This document shows, one piece after another, positions 8,563-17,019 of a stretch of 41,392 nt of DNA. The position numbers were made by a program, and so were the translations under genes. Position 1 is the stretch's first letter. Each line of letters opens with the position of its first letter. Below the pieces are notes generated by a model. That model ran no database searches and had not been told where the DNA came from. It saw only the letters and a list, made by a program, of their open reading frames with translations. The stretch is from Bacteroidales bacterium (GTDB lineage: Bacteria; Bacteroidota; Bacteroidia; Bacteroidales; UBA12077). The stretch lies in contig JAIPAF010000001.1 in NCBI GenBank assembly GCA_021740225.1, positions 1-41,392 of the forward strand, given 5' to 3'.

Positions 8563-9414
8563 ATGCGTATGGATGTGTTTGACACAGTACGGGGCGTTCA
8601 GGAGAAAATATCGGAATTGAAGCAGCAAGGATACGGCATTGGCTTTGTTCCGACTATGGGAGCCCTGCACCGGGGACATCTTTCGTTGGTGGATGCTTGT
8701 ACCCGGGATAATGAGGTTACGGTAGTGAGTATATTTGTTAATCCCACTCAATTCAATCAGCGGGAGGATTTTGAGCAATATCCCCGTGATCTGGACGGTG
8801 ATATTAAGAAACTCGGAGAAGCCGGGGCCAATATTATTTTCACACCCGCGGAGAAAGAGATGTATCCCGAACCGGACAACCGCGTATTTGATTTTGATGG
8901 TCTTGACAAGGTGATGGAGGGGAAGCATCGTCCCGGTCACTTCAACGGTGTAGCCCAGATAGTAAGCAGATTGTTTGACATTATCAGGCCTCACCGGGCT
9001 TATTTTGGAGAGAAGGATTTTCAGCAACTGGTCATCATACGGAATTTGACTTCCCAGCTCAACCTGGATATAGAGATCGTTTCGTGTCCGATTGTCAGGG
9101 AATCCGACGGACTTGCCAGGAGTTCCAGGAACGTTCGTCTGACTGAAAAACAGCGCAAGCATGCACCTAAGATAGCCGAGGCCATCCATAAGGCAAGGGA
9201 TCTGGCCGGAGATTATTCAGTGGAAGAAGTGATACAAAGCGTAACGGAGCATGTAAACAATGATCCCTACATTGATGTTGAGTATTTTGAGATAGTAGAC
9301 GAAAAAAACCTTCAACCTATTGAAACCTGGGATGATGCTTATTACAAGAGGGCCTGCATAGCAGCCTGGGTAGGAAAGGTTCGATTGATAGATAATGTCC
9401 CATATTATTTTTAA
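8563..9414 (+). CDS. panC: Pantoate--beta-alanine ligase (pantothenate synthetase)
   Basis: 283 aa with PTMGALHRGHLSL (HIGH-like motif), VSIFVNPTQF, GEKDFQQ and SSRN. Confidence 0.95.
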   Translation: MRMDVFDTVRGVQEKISELKQQGYGIGFVPTMGALHRGHLSLVDACTRDNEVTVVSIFVNPTQFNQREDFEQYPRDLDGDIKKLGEAGANIIFTPAEKEMYPEPDNRVFDFDGLDKVMEGKHRPGHFNGVAQIVSRLFDIIRPHRAYFGEKDFQQLVIIRNLTSQLNLDIEIVSCPIVRESDGLARSSRNVRLTEKQRKHAPKIAEAIHKARDLAGDYSVEEVIQSVTEHVNNDPYIDVEYFEIVDEKNLQPIETWDDAYYKRACIAAWVGKVRLIDNVPYYF

Positions 9415-9439
9415 TTTTGCATTGGATAATCTGTAAGCT

Positions 9440-9790
9440 ATGAACATAGAAATATTAAAATCCAAAATACACAAGGTGACCGTTACCGATGCCAATCTGG
9501 AATATGTGGGGAGTATAACGATTGACGAGGATTTAATGGATGCCGCTGATATCATAGAGAACGAGAAGGTTCAGGTGCTTAATCTGAGTAACGGAGAACG
9601 ACTCGAAACGTATGTGATTAAAGGAGAACGTGGCTCAGGAGAAATCTGCATGAATGGGCCGGCCGCCCGAAAGGCAATTGTTGGAGATGTGGTAATCATC
9701 CTTTCTTACGCCTCCATGGATTTCGAAGAAGCCAAAGGCTTTAAGCCCCAATTGTTATTTCCCGATACAGCAACCAATAAACTTGTATAG
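9440..9790 (+). CDS. panD: Aspartate 1-decarboxylase (pyruvoyl-dependent)
   Basis: 116 aa. [29 protein letters not shown] contains the Gly-Ser self-processing site. Confidence 0.95.
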   Translation: MNIEILKSKIHKVTVTDANLEYVGSITIDEDLMDAADIIENEKVQVLNLSNGERLETYVIKGERGSGEICMNGPAARKAIVGDVVIILSYASMDFEEAKGFKPQLLFPDTATNKLV

Positions 9791-9795
9791 CATTT

Positions 9796-10809
9796 TTGAA
9801 AAGATCGTTTTTAAAAGCAATCCGTTTTACCATATTTCTTGCTATAGGGCTTATATTGCTCTATTTTGCATTTCGTGGCGTCAGCCTGGAGGAGTTGGTC
9901 TCCAGTTTGCGAATGGCTGATTTTAAATGGGTGGCTTTTGCTTTGTCATTTGCGCTGGTTGGATATATCAGCCGGGCTTACCGCTGGAAATTGCTTATTA
10001 AGCCCCTGAATTATGATCCTCCTTTAAAAAATGTATTTTATGCTTTGATGATAGGTTATACCGCCAATTTTGCCTTTCCCCGGATCGGAGAGATCAGCCG
10101 CTGTGGTTCATTGCAGCGGTCCGACAAAATCCCACTCGATTCTTTACTGGGTACAGTAATTATAGAAAGAGCCATCGATCTGGTTATACTGGTTCTTGCG
10201 TTGATTGTGGTTTTCTTTTCCAAAATAGGATTTTTTGGCGCATTCTTCAGGAAGAACCTTTTTGATCCTTTTTTGGATCGTATCGTTTCTTTTTTTCAGC
10301 TTTCCGTCCTTAACTGGTTTATATTTTTTACCACAATTGCCGTATTGATTTTCCTGATCAGGTATTTGAATCATAAATTCTCGGAAAATTATATTATCAG
10401 GAAAGTGAAGGAATTGTTCAGGGGCGTAGTGGCCGGACTGAAAACAATTGGCCAAATGAAGGATAGATGGAGTTTTATCCTTCATACCCTCCTTATATGG
10501 TTTATGTATTTTTTAATGACCTATGTGCTTCTGTTTGCCTTGCCGGCCACCTCTCATTTAAGCCCCATAGATGGGTTGTTCTTGCTCGTTATTGGCGGTA
10601 TGGGTATGTCGGCGCCTGTTCAGGGGGGCATTGGTGCATTTCACTGGATAATCACCCTGGGTTTGTCATTGTATGGGATTCCCAGGGCTGATGCGGTAGC
10701 TTATGCAACTTTATCTCATGAATCACAGTCAATTTTTGCAGTTTTACTGGGGGCCTTATCTTTTATTATGCTTATGATTCAGAACAGAAAAGCCTTACAA
10801 AATCAATAA
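9796..10809 (+). CDS. Lysylphosphatidylglycerol-synthase-TM-region-like (UPF0104 family) integral membrane protein
   Basis: 337 aa and multi-TM. RAYRWKLLIKPL and FPRIGEISRCGSL resemble the conserved motifs of this family. A TTG start is implied by the ORF track, so the start is uncertain. Confidence 0.7.
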   Translation: MKRSFLKAIRFTIFLAIGLILLYFAFRGVSLEELVSSLRMADFKWVAFALSFALVGYISRAYRWKLLIKPLNYDPPLKNVFYALMIGYTANFAFPRIGEISRCGSLQRSDKIPLDSLLGTVIIERAIDLVILVLALIVVFFSKIGFFGAFFRKNLFDPFLDRIVSFFQLSVLNWFIFFTTIAVLIFLIRYLNHKFSENYIIRKVKELFRGVVAGLKTIGQMKDRWSFILHTLLIWFMYFLMTYVLLFALPATSHLSPIDGLFLLVIGGMGMSAPVQGGIGAFHWIITLGLSLYGIPRADAVAYATLSHESQSIFAVLLGALSFIMLMIQNRKALQNQ

Positions 10810-10819
10810 ATCTTAAGCC

Positions 10820-11320
10820 ATGGAATATTTGGAAGTGATCAAAGGAAAAATCATCAAAGATGAAAATTTGGAATCCCTTTTGACTTACTGGAGATTGAAG
10901 GATAATCGAATTGTGTTCACTAACGGTTGCTTTGATCTGCTTCATCGGGGACATGTTGAATACCTTTCCACAACCGCCTCCCTGGGAGATATCTTGGTGG
11001 TAGGTATGAACAGTGATCGGTCCGTTAAACGAATTAAGGGAAATAACCGGCCTGTTCAGGATGAATATTCCCGTGCATTGCTTCTGGCTTCATTGAAGCA
11101 GGTTACCGGGGTTTGCCTGTTTGATGAAGATACACCTTACAATCTGATCAACCGGATTAAGCCCGATGTGCTGGTTAAGGGCGGAGACTATAAGGTTGAA
11201 GATATTGTTGGTGCTGATATAGTTCAGTCAAACGGTGGTAAAGTCGTCACCATTGATTTTGTGGAAGGATATTCTACAAGCGCTCTGATAAAAAAAATAC
11301 AAAATACAAGCCACAAATAA
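10820..11320 (+). CDS. rfaE2: RfaE domain II-like cytidylyl/adenylyltransferase (D-glycero-beta-D-manno-heptose-1-phosphate adenylyltransferase family)
   Basis: 166 aa with IVFTNGCFDLLHRGHVEYL (HxGH nucleotidyltransferase motif), VGMNSDRSVKRIKGNNRP, LVKGGDY and STSALIKKI. Confidence 0.8.
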   Translation: MEYLEVIKGKIIKDENLESLLTYWRLKDNRIVFTNGCFDLLHRGHVEYLSTTASLGDILVVGMNSDRSVKRIKGNNRPVQDEYSRALLLASLKQVTGVCLFDEDTPYNLINRIKPDVLVKGGDYKVEDIVGADIVQSNGGKVVTIDFVEGYSTSALIKKIQNTSHK

Positions 11321-11497
11321 CAAATAATTTTCAAGCACCAAACCAACAAATATTCAAAACAAGATGTAGAAAGGTTTGGAATTTTATACATTGGGTATTG
11401 GATTTTGTTTGTTATTTGGAATTTGTAAATTGGCTATTTCAGCGAAAGATTTAAAACTGATCTTCTTTTAACTAAATACTGGTGAGTTCAAAAGACA

Positions 11498-12862
11498 ATG
11501 GCTAAGAAAAAAACCGTATATGTCTGCCAGAACTGTGGTGCTGAATCCTCCAAATGGATAGGACGGTGTCCATATTGTGGTGAATGGAATACCTATGTTG
11601 AAGAAATCATACCGGGTAATGGAAAGTCCTCTTCCGGTTTTTCAGATAAAGTCAATGATATCCAGCCTTTATCTTCCATTACTCTGAATGATGAGAATCG
11701 TTTGTCCACCCATTATAAGGAAGTGGATAGGGTTCTGGGGGGAGGAATGGTTCCGGGTTCTCTGGTGCTGGTCGGAGGTGAGCCGGGAATCGGCAAATCA
11801 ACCCTGGCTTTGCAGGTAGCTCTTAAATCGAAAGGTACCAAAGTGCTTTATATTTCAGGTGAAGAGAGCTTAAAACAGCTCAAGTTGCGTTCCGACCGAT
11901 TGAAGGAAGAGGATAATGAAATCTATTTGCTTAATGAAACTTCTTTGGAGCGTGTGCTTGAACAAACAAAGAAGTTTTCCCCTGCTCTGCTCATTGTGGA
12001 TTCTATACAAACTTTGTTTTCAGAAAATTTTGATTCTTCACCGGGAAGTGTCTCCCAGGTCAGGCAATCCGCGACCCGTTTGCTGTATTTTGCCAAATCC
12101 ACCTCCATACCCGTATTGGTAATCGGGCACATCAACAAAGAAGGCAGCATAGCCGGACCCAAAGTATTGGAACACATAGTGGATGTGGTGCTTCAATTCG
12201 AAGGAGATCACAATTATGTGTACAGGGTGTTGAGGGCATTAAAAAACCGTTTTGGCTCAACCAATGAGTTGGGTATATTTGAGATGAGTCAGTCAGGCCT
12301 GAAGGAAGTGCTTAACCCTTCCAAACATCTGGTGAATCAGTATCACGATAATTTGAGCGGAATAGCTATTGCCTCTACCATTGACGGGATAAGGCCGTTT
12401 TTGGTGGAAATTCAGTCCCTGGTGAGTCCTTCTTCTTACGGTACACCGCAACGGACGAGCACCGGTTTCGACTCTCGGCGGTTGTCCATGTTGCTGGCGG
12501 TTCTTGAGAAAAGAGCAAGTTTGAATTTATTCAATAAAGATGTTTTTCTGAATCTGGCCGGGGGGATTAAGGTGGATGATCCGGCCATTGATCTGGCGAT
12601 TGTCTCATCCATTCTTTCCTCTTTTATGGATAAACCCGTGAGCATGAAAACCTGTTTCGCCGGTGAAGTTGGCTTATCCGGGGAAATTCGTGCTGTCACG
12701 CAAATCGAAAAACGGGTACAGGAAGCAGAAAAACTGGGCTACAAAAGGATGTTTCTCTCCGAATACAATTCCCTTCATTCGGAGAAAACCAAAATACGCC
12801 TTGAATATGTGAATACGGTAGGGGAGTTGTTTTCCAAACTTTTTAAAAATGCTGATGAATAA
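11498..12862 (+). CDS. radA: DNA repair protein RadA/Sms
   Basis: 454 aa with the N-terminal zinc finger CQNCGAESSKWIGRCPYCGEWNT, Walker A GGEPGIGKSTL, the KNRFG motif and a Lon-like C-terminal domain. Confidence 0.95.
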   Translation: MAKKKTVYVCQNCGAESSKWIGRCPYCGEWNTYVEEIIPGNGKSSSGFSDKVNDIQPLSSITLNDENRLSTHYKEVDRVLGGGMVPGSLVLVGGEPGIGKSTLALQVALKSKGTKVLYISGEESLKQLKLRSDRLKEEDNEIYLLNETSLERVLEQTKKFSPALLIVDSIQTLFSENFDSSPGSVSQVRQSATRLLYFAKSTSIPVLVIGHINKEGSIAGPKVLEHIVDVVLQFEGDHNYVYRVLRALKNRFGSTNELGIFEMSQSGLKEVLNPSKHLVNQYHDNLSGIAIASTIDGIRPFLVEIQSLVSPSSYGTPQRTSTGFDSRRLSMLLAVLEKRASLNLFNKDVFLNLAGGIKVDDPAIDLAIVSSILSSFMDKPVSMKTCFAGEVGLSGEIRAVTQIEKRVQEAEKLGYKRMFLSEYNSLHSEKTKIRLEYVNTVGELFSKLFKNADE

Positions 12863-14561
12863 TCTCCTTCTTTCCATAGAGAATCTCACCGTTGGTTTCC
12901 CTTCCAACCAGGGAAAATTTTATGCCGTAAAGGAGGTCAATCTGGATATTGCGTACGGAAAATCTATGGGTATCGTAGGAGAGTCGGGTTCCGGTAAATC
13001 GATTACTGCCCTTTCCATATTGAATCTTTTGCCTCCCTCTGCCACTGTTTATAGTGGAAAGGTAAACTACCGGCAGAAGGATGATCAGTGGGTGGATATT
13101 TTACAGGCCGATGCGAAGTTGGTGCGGAATATAAGGGGAAAACAGGCTTCCATGATATTTCAGGAGCCGATGACTTCACTCAACCCGGTTTACTCCTGTG
13201 GTGACCAGGTTTCAGAAATTATGATCAGGCATCTGAATTATTCCCGCAAGGAGGCCCGGGAAAAAGCCAAACATCTTTTTAAAGAGGTGGAATTGCCTAA
13301 TCCCGGAAGAATTTTCGAAAGTTATCCTTATGAACTATCCGGTGGTCAGCGGCAAAGGGTGATGATTGCCATGGCCATATCCTGCGACCCGAGGTTGCTT
13401 ATTGCCGATGAGCCTACCACTGCATTGGACGTGACCATACAAAACTCCATACTCGAATTGCTTAATGGCTTAAAACAACGGTATGGCATGAGCCTTATTT
13501 TTATATCTCATGATCTGGCCGTGGTTTCGGAGGTAGCAGATGAGATGGCTGTAATGTATAAAGGGAGGATCGTGGAAAAAGGCACTAGGGAACAGATCAT
13601 TTATTCCCCTGTAAACGCTTATACTCGGGGGTTGATTGCCTGCAAGCCGCCTTTGGACCGGAAACCTGGACGGTTGTATACATTAGCGGATTTTATGGAA
13701 TCCGATCGCCCCGCAGGTGATCGCAAATCCTATAGTACTTCTGTGGCAGCGAACCAGTCGCAAGAAGCCGATTCTTCTGTTGTATTTAATCTTTATGATG
13801 TTTCCAAAGCTTTTCCTCTGAAGAAGAATTTCTTTGGAAAGACTACCGAACGTTTGCCTGCCATAAATCACATTTCAATGGACATATTTCAGGGAGAAAC
13901 ACTGGGGTTGGTTGGTGAGTCGGGAAGCGGAAAATCCACCCTCGCCAGGATCCTTATGAAGCTTCTTGCGTATGATGAAGGCAATATTGTATTTAAAGGA
14001 AAGGATTTTAGCAGTTTTACCCGTAGCGACATGCGGTTGTTCAGGCAAAGGGTTCAGATCATCTTTCAGGATCCTTATTCAACGCTTAATCCCAGGCTTT
14101 CCGTGGGAAAAATGATTTCCGAACCCTTGCATTATTATGGATATTATAGTAACCGCCAGGAAAGGAAGGAAAGAACGCTGGAGTTGCTCGACGATGTGAG
14201 GCTGGATGAAAGTTTTTATAACCGGTATCCTCATGAATTATCGGGAGGCCAGCGACAGCGGGTCGCCATTGCAAGGGTTTTGGCTTTAAATCCCGAATTC
14301 ATCATTTGCGATGAGGCTGTTTCAGCCCTTGATGTTTCCATCCAGGCTGAAGTGTTGAATCTTCTGCAGGATCTAAAAAAGAACTATAAACTGACTTATG
14401 TGTTTATTACCCATGATTTTTCAGTGGTACGGTTTATGTCAGACCGGGTGGCCGTGATGAAAGACGGCAGGGTAATAGAAATAGGGGAATCAACACATGT
14501 GTTTGATTCCCCTGAAAATGATTACACGCGAAGATTACTCCATTCCATACCGGCTATTTGA
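12849..14561 (+). CDS. Fused double ABC ATPase of the Dpp/Opp (oligopeptide/nickel) type, with no adjacent permease
   Basis: 570 aa with two Walker A motifs (GESGSGKS x2) and two signatures (LSGGQRQRV x2). The Opp-type C-terminal segments are YTRGLIACKPP and DYTRRLLHSIP. It overlaps the radA stop by 14 nt. Confidence 0.9.
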   Translation: MLMNNLLLSIENLTVGFPSNQGKFYAVKEVNLDIAYGKSMGIVGESGSGKSITALSILNLLPPSATVYSGKVNYRQKDDQWVDILQADAKLVRNIRGKQASMIFQEPMTSLNPVYSCGDQVSEIMIRHLNYSRKEAREKAKHLFKEVELPNPGRIFESYPYELSGGQRQRVMIAMAISCDPRLLIADEPTTALDVTIQNSILELLNGLKQRYGMSLIFISHDLAVVSEVADEMAVMYKGRIVEKGTREQIIYSPVNAYTRGLIACKPPLDRKPGRLYTLADFMESDRPAGDRKSYSTSVAANQSQEADSSVVFNLYDVSKAFPLKKNFFGKTTERLPAINHISMDIFQGETLGLVGESGSGKSTLARILMKLLAYDEGNIVFKGKDFSSFTRSDMRLFRQRVQIIFQDPYSTLNPRLSVGKMISEPLHYYGYYSNRQERKERTLELLDDVRLDESFYNRYPHELSGGQRQRVAIARVLALNPEFIICDEAVSALDVSIQAEVLNLLQDLKKNYKLTYVFITHDFSVVRFMSDRVAVMKDGRVIEIGESTHVFDSPENDYTRRLLHSIPAI

Positions 14562-14567
14562 TCCGGG

Positions 14568-16922
14568 CTAAAAGAACTCGTCGTCTAGCCGGTCTTTGGC
14601 CCCACCTTTTCCCACATCTTCACAATCCAGATCGTAATTGAAGTTGGTCGGCCTTTCAAAAGTGTCTTGTTTGGATACCATATTGTTCAATGTGGAATCA
14701 TTATAGACCTTTGTCATATATTTTGCCCAGATGGGAAGCGCCATATTGGCTCCCTGCCCCTGGGTAATGCTGTTGAAATGAATGCTGCGGTTTTCGCCCC
14801 CGACCCATGCTCCTGAAACCAGGTTGGGCGTTACCCCCATGAACCATCCGTCGGATTGGTTCTGGGTTGTACCTGTTTTTCCCGCTATCGGGTTCATTAG
14901 CTCATATTTGTATCGAACACGGATACCCGTGCCATCCTGAACCACTCCTTTCAGAAGGTTGGTCATCAGGTAGGCTGTCTGTTCACTGATGGCTTCACTC
15001 TCTTTCGGGTTGAAAGTAGCCAGCAGATTCCCGTGTCGGTCTTCAATTCTTGTTACATAACTGGGTTCGATATACACGCCTTTATTGGCAAAGGTACTGT
15101 AAGCCCCAACCATTTCATAGAGGGAAATATCGGCAGTACCTAAAAATATTGAAGGCACGGGATCAATGTTGCTCTCAATGCCCATTTTCCGCATTACATT
15201 GATCACTGATCGGGGATTAAACTGTTTTATAAGCCAGGCAGATATATAGTTCACCGAATGGGTCAATCCCCATTTCAGGGTAACCATCTCACCATCCATA
15301 TCCGAAGGTCCCGAATTCTTTGGAGTCCATGTAGAATCATTTATATAGAAAGTGCTTGGAACATTAGGCACCTTATGGCAGGGCGAATACCCCTCTTGCA
15401 TAGCCAGCGTATAAAGAAAAGGTTTGATGGTGGAACCAATCTGTCTAACTCCCTGGGTGACATGGTCATACTTAAAGTATCTATAGTCGGGGCCCCCTAC
15501 ATAGGCTTTTATATGCCCGTTGCGGGGGTTCATAGACATAAATCCTGCTCTTAGAAAGTGTTTATAATACAGTATTGAATCCCTTGGAGACATCACCGTA
15601 TCTTTTATTCCCTCCCAGGAAAAAACCTCCATTTCCCGTGGTTTATTGAAAGCCTTACGTATTGAATCTTCACTTACCTCTTGTCTTTTTAGCTTCCTAT
15701 AGCGGTCGGTATTTTTTATCGCCCTTTCCATTATCCGATCAATCTGTTCTTTTTCCAAGTTTTTGGAAAAGGGAGCCTTTTTTTGATTTTCCTTTTCTTC
15801 AAAGAACTGTTGCTGGAGCTCATCTCCGAGATGCTCCCTTACAGATTGTTCAGCATAGTTTTGGAGTTTGCTGTTGATGGTGGTATAGATTTGCAGCCCG
15901 TCCCGGTACAAGTCGTAGTGGGATCCGTCCGGTTTGGTATGTTTGTTGCACCAACCGTATAAAGGATTGTTTGCCCATTCTATAGAATCTTCCTTATAGT
16001 TTTCCGGGTTGGAATATTCGTTTTTCCGGGGCTTTTCTTCCGTAAGAAGTGTTCTTAAATGTTCCCTGAAATAACTGGCCAGTCCTTCATTGTGGTCTTC
16101 CACAACATAATCCACATTCAAAGGAAGAGTCCTTAACGAATCATGTTGTGCTTGTGTGATATAATTGTATTTTTTCAGCTGATTCAATACTACATTTCTT
16201 CTTTTCCTGGATTTATCCGGATTGCTTACAGGGTGGTATCTGGTGGGGGCCTTGAGCATTCCCACAAGTGTGGCTGCTTCCTCAAGTTGTAATGAGTCGG
16301 GTTCCGTATTGAAGTAAATTCTGGCTGCCGATTTGATACCATAAGTCATGCCTCCGAAAGGCACCGTATTGAGATACATTACAAGAATCTCCTTTTTGGT
16401 ATAGTTTCTTTCAAGTTTTGCCGCAGTTATCCATTCCTTGAACTTTGCCAGAACAAGATTGGAGGCATAGGCAAATTTCGAATCGTAAACGGTGGTATCC
16501 CTTGGGAAAAGGTTTTTCGCCAACTGCTGCGTTATTGTGCTACCTCCTCCCGAGCTTTTTCCCATTAACAGGGTTTTAAAAAATACCCTTGCCAATCCTC
16601 TAGCATCGATTCCGGAGTGCTCATAGAAACGTATATCCTCTGTAGCGATTAAAGCATTGACGATATTTGAGGAGATTTCTTTGAAATCGACATATGATCT
16701 GTTTTGAATATAATATTTACCCAGTAATTGTTCATCCTCAGAATAAACGAGTGAAGCCAGATTATTTTCCGGATTCTCAAGTTGTTCGAAGGTTGGCATG
16801 TCTCCGAATATTTCCTGAGAGACGAGGAATAATATAACGAATAATGCTACAAAAGGTAATGCGAACAATGTCCAGAATAATCTTATGTAAAATTTTTTGT
16901 TATAATTGACTTTTAACTTCAT
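14568..16922 (-). CDS. mrcA: Class A penicillin-binding protein (PBP1A; glycosyltransferase + transpeptidase)
   Basis: 784 aa with an N-terminal TM anchor. GT51 motifs are ATEDIRFYEHSGID and GGSTITQQLAKN. Transpeptidase motifs are STIKP (SxxK), SVN and KTGTT. Confidence 0.93.
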   Translation of the reverse strand: MKLKVNYNKKFYIRLFWTLFALPFVALFVILFLVSQEIFGDMPTFEQLENPENNLASLVYSEDEQLLGKYYIQNRSYVDFKEISSNIVNALIATEDIRFYEHSGIDARGLARVFFKTLLMGKSSGGGSTITQQLAKNLFPRDTTVYDSKFAYASNLVLAKFKEWITAAKLERNYTKKEILVMYLNTVPFGGMTYGIKSAARIYFNTEPDSLQLEEAATLVGMLKAPTRYHPVSNPDKSRKRRNVVLNQLKKYNYITQAQHDSLRTLPLNVDYVVEDHNEGLASYFREHLRTLLTEEKPRKNEYSNPENYKEDSIEWANNPLYGWCNKHTKPDGSHYDLYRDGLQIYTTINSKLQNYAEQSVREHLGDELQQQFFEEKENQKKAPFSKNLEKEQIDRIMERAIKNTDRYRKLKRQEVSEDSIRKAFNKPREMEVFSWEGIKDTVMSPRDSILYYKHFLRAGFMSMNPRNGHIKAYVGGPDYRYFKYDHVTQGVRQIGSTIKPFLYTLAMQEGYSPCHKVPNVPSTFYINDSTWTPKNSGPSDMDGEMVTLKWGLTHSVNYISAWLIKQFNPRSVINVMRKMGIESNIDPVPSIFLGTADISLYEMVGAYSTFANKGVYIEPSYVTRIEDRHGNLLATFNPKESEAISEQTAYLMTNLLKGVVQDGTGIRVRYKYELMNPIAGKTGTTQNQSDGWFMGVTPNLVSGAWVGGENRSIHFNSITQGQGANMALPIWAKYMTKVYNDSTLNNMVSKQDTFERPTNFNYDLDCEDVGKGGAKDRLDDEFF

Positions 16923-16952
16923 AATACCAATAATATAATAAATTAAGGAAAA

Positions 16953-16985
16953 TTTGACATTAGATTTTTAAAAGTTTTAATTTTG
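16953..16985 (+). promoter_or_regulatory. Candidate Bacteroidota promoter for topA (TTTG, 21 nt spacer, TAATTTTG)
   Basis: TTTG at 16953-16956 and TAnnTTTG at 16978-16985, 35 nt upstream of the topA ATG. Confidence 0.5.
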
Positions 16986-17019
16986 TTTTTTAATTTGTTT
17001 CATAAACAGCGCAATATCT

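Noticed and set aside
8497-9189. 230-aa ORF on the minus strand
   Set aside because: It is entirely antisense to the well-supported panC gene and has no recognisable motifs. Its composition is odd and consistent with an antisense shadow ORF.
11375-11424. Two copies of TTTGGAATTT 40 nt apart, and a CCAAACC...GGTTTGG inverted repeat between rfaE2 and radA
   Set aside because: These are short AT-rich matches with a loop of about 30 nt, which is expected by chance in AT-rich intergenic DNA. They fit no specific regulatory model.
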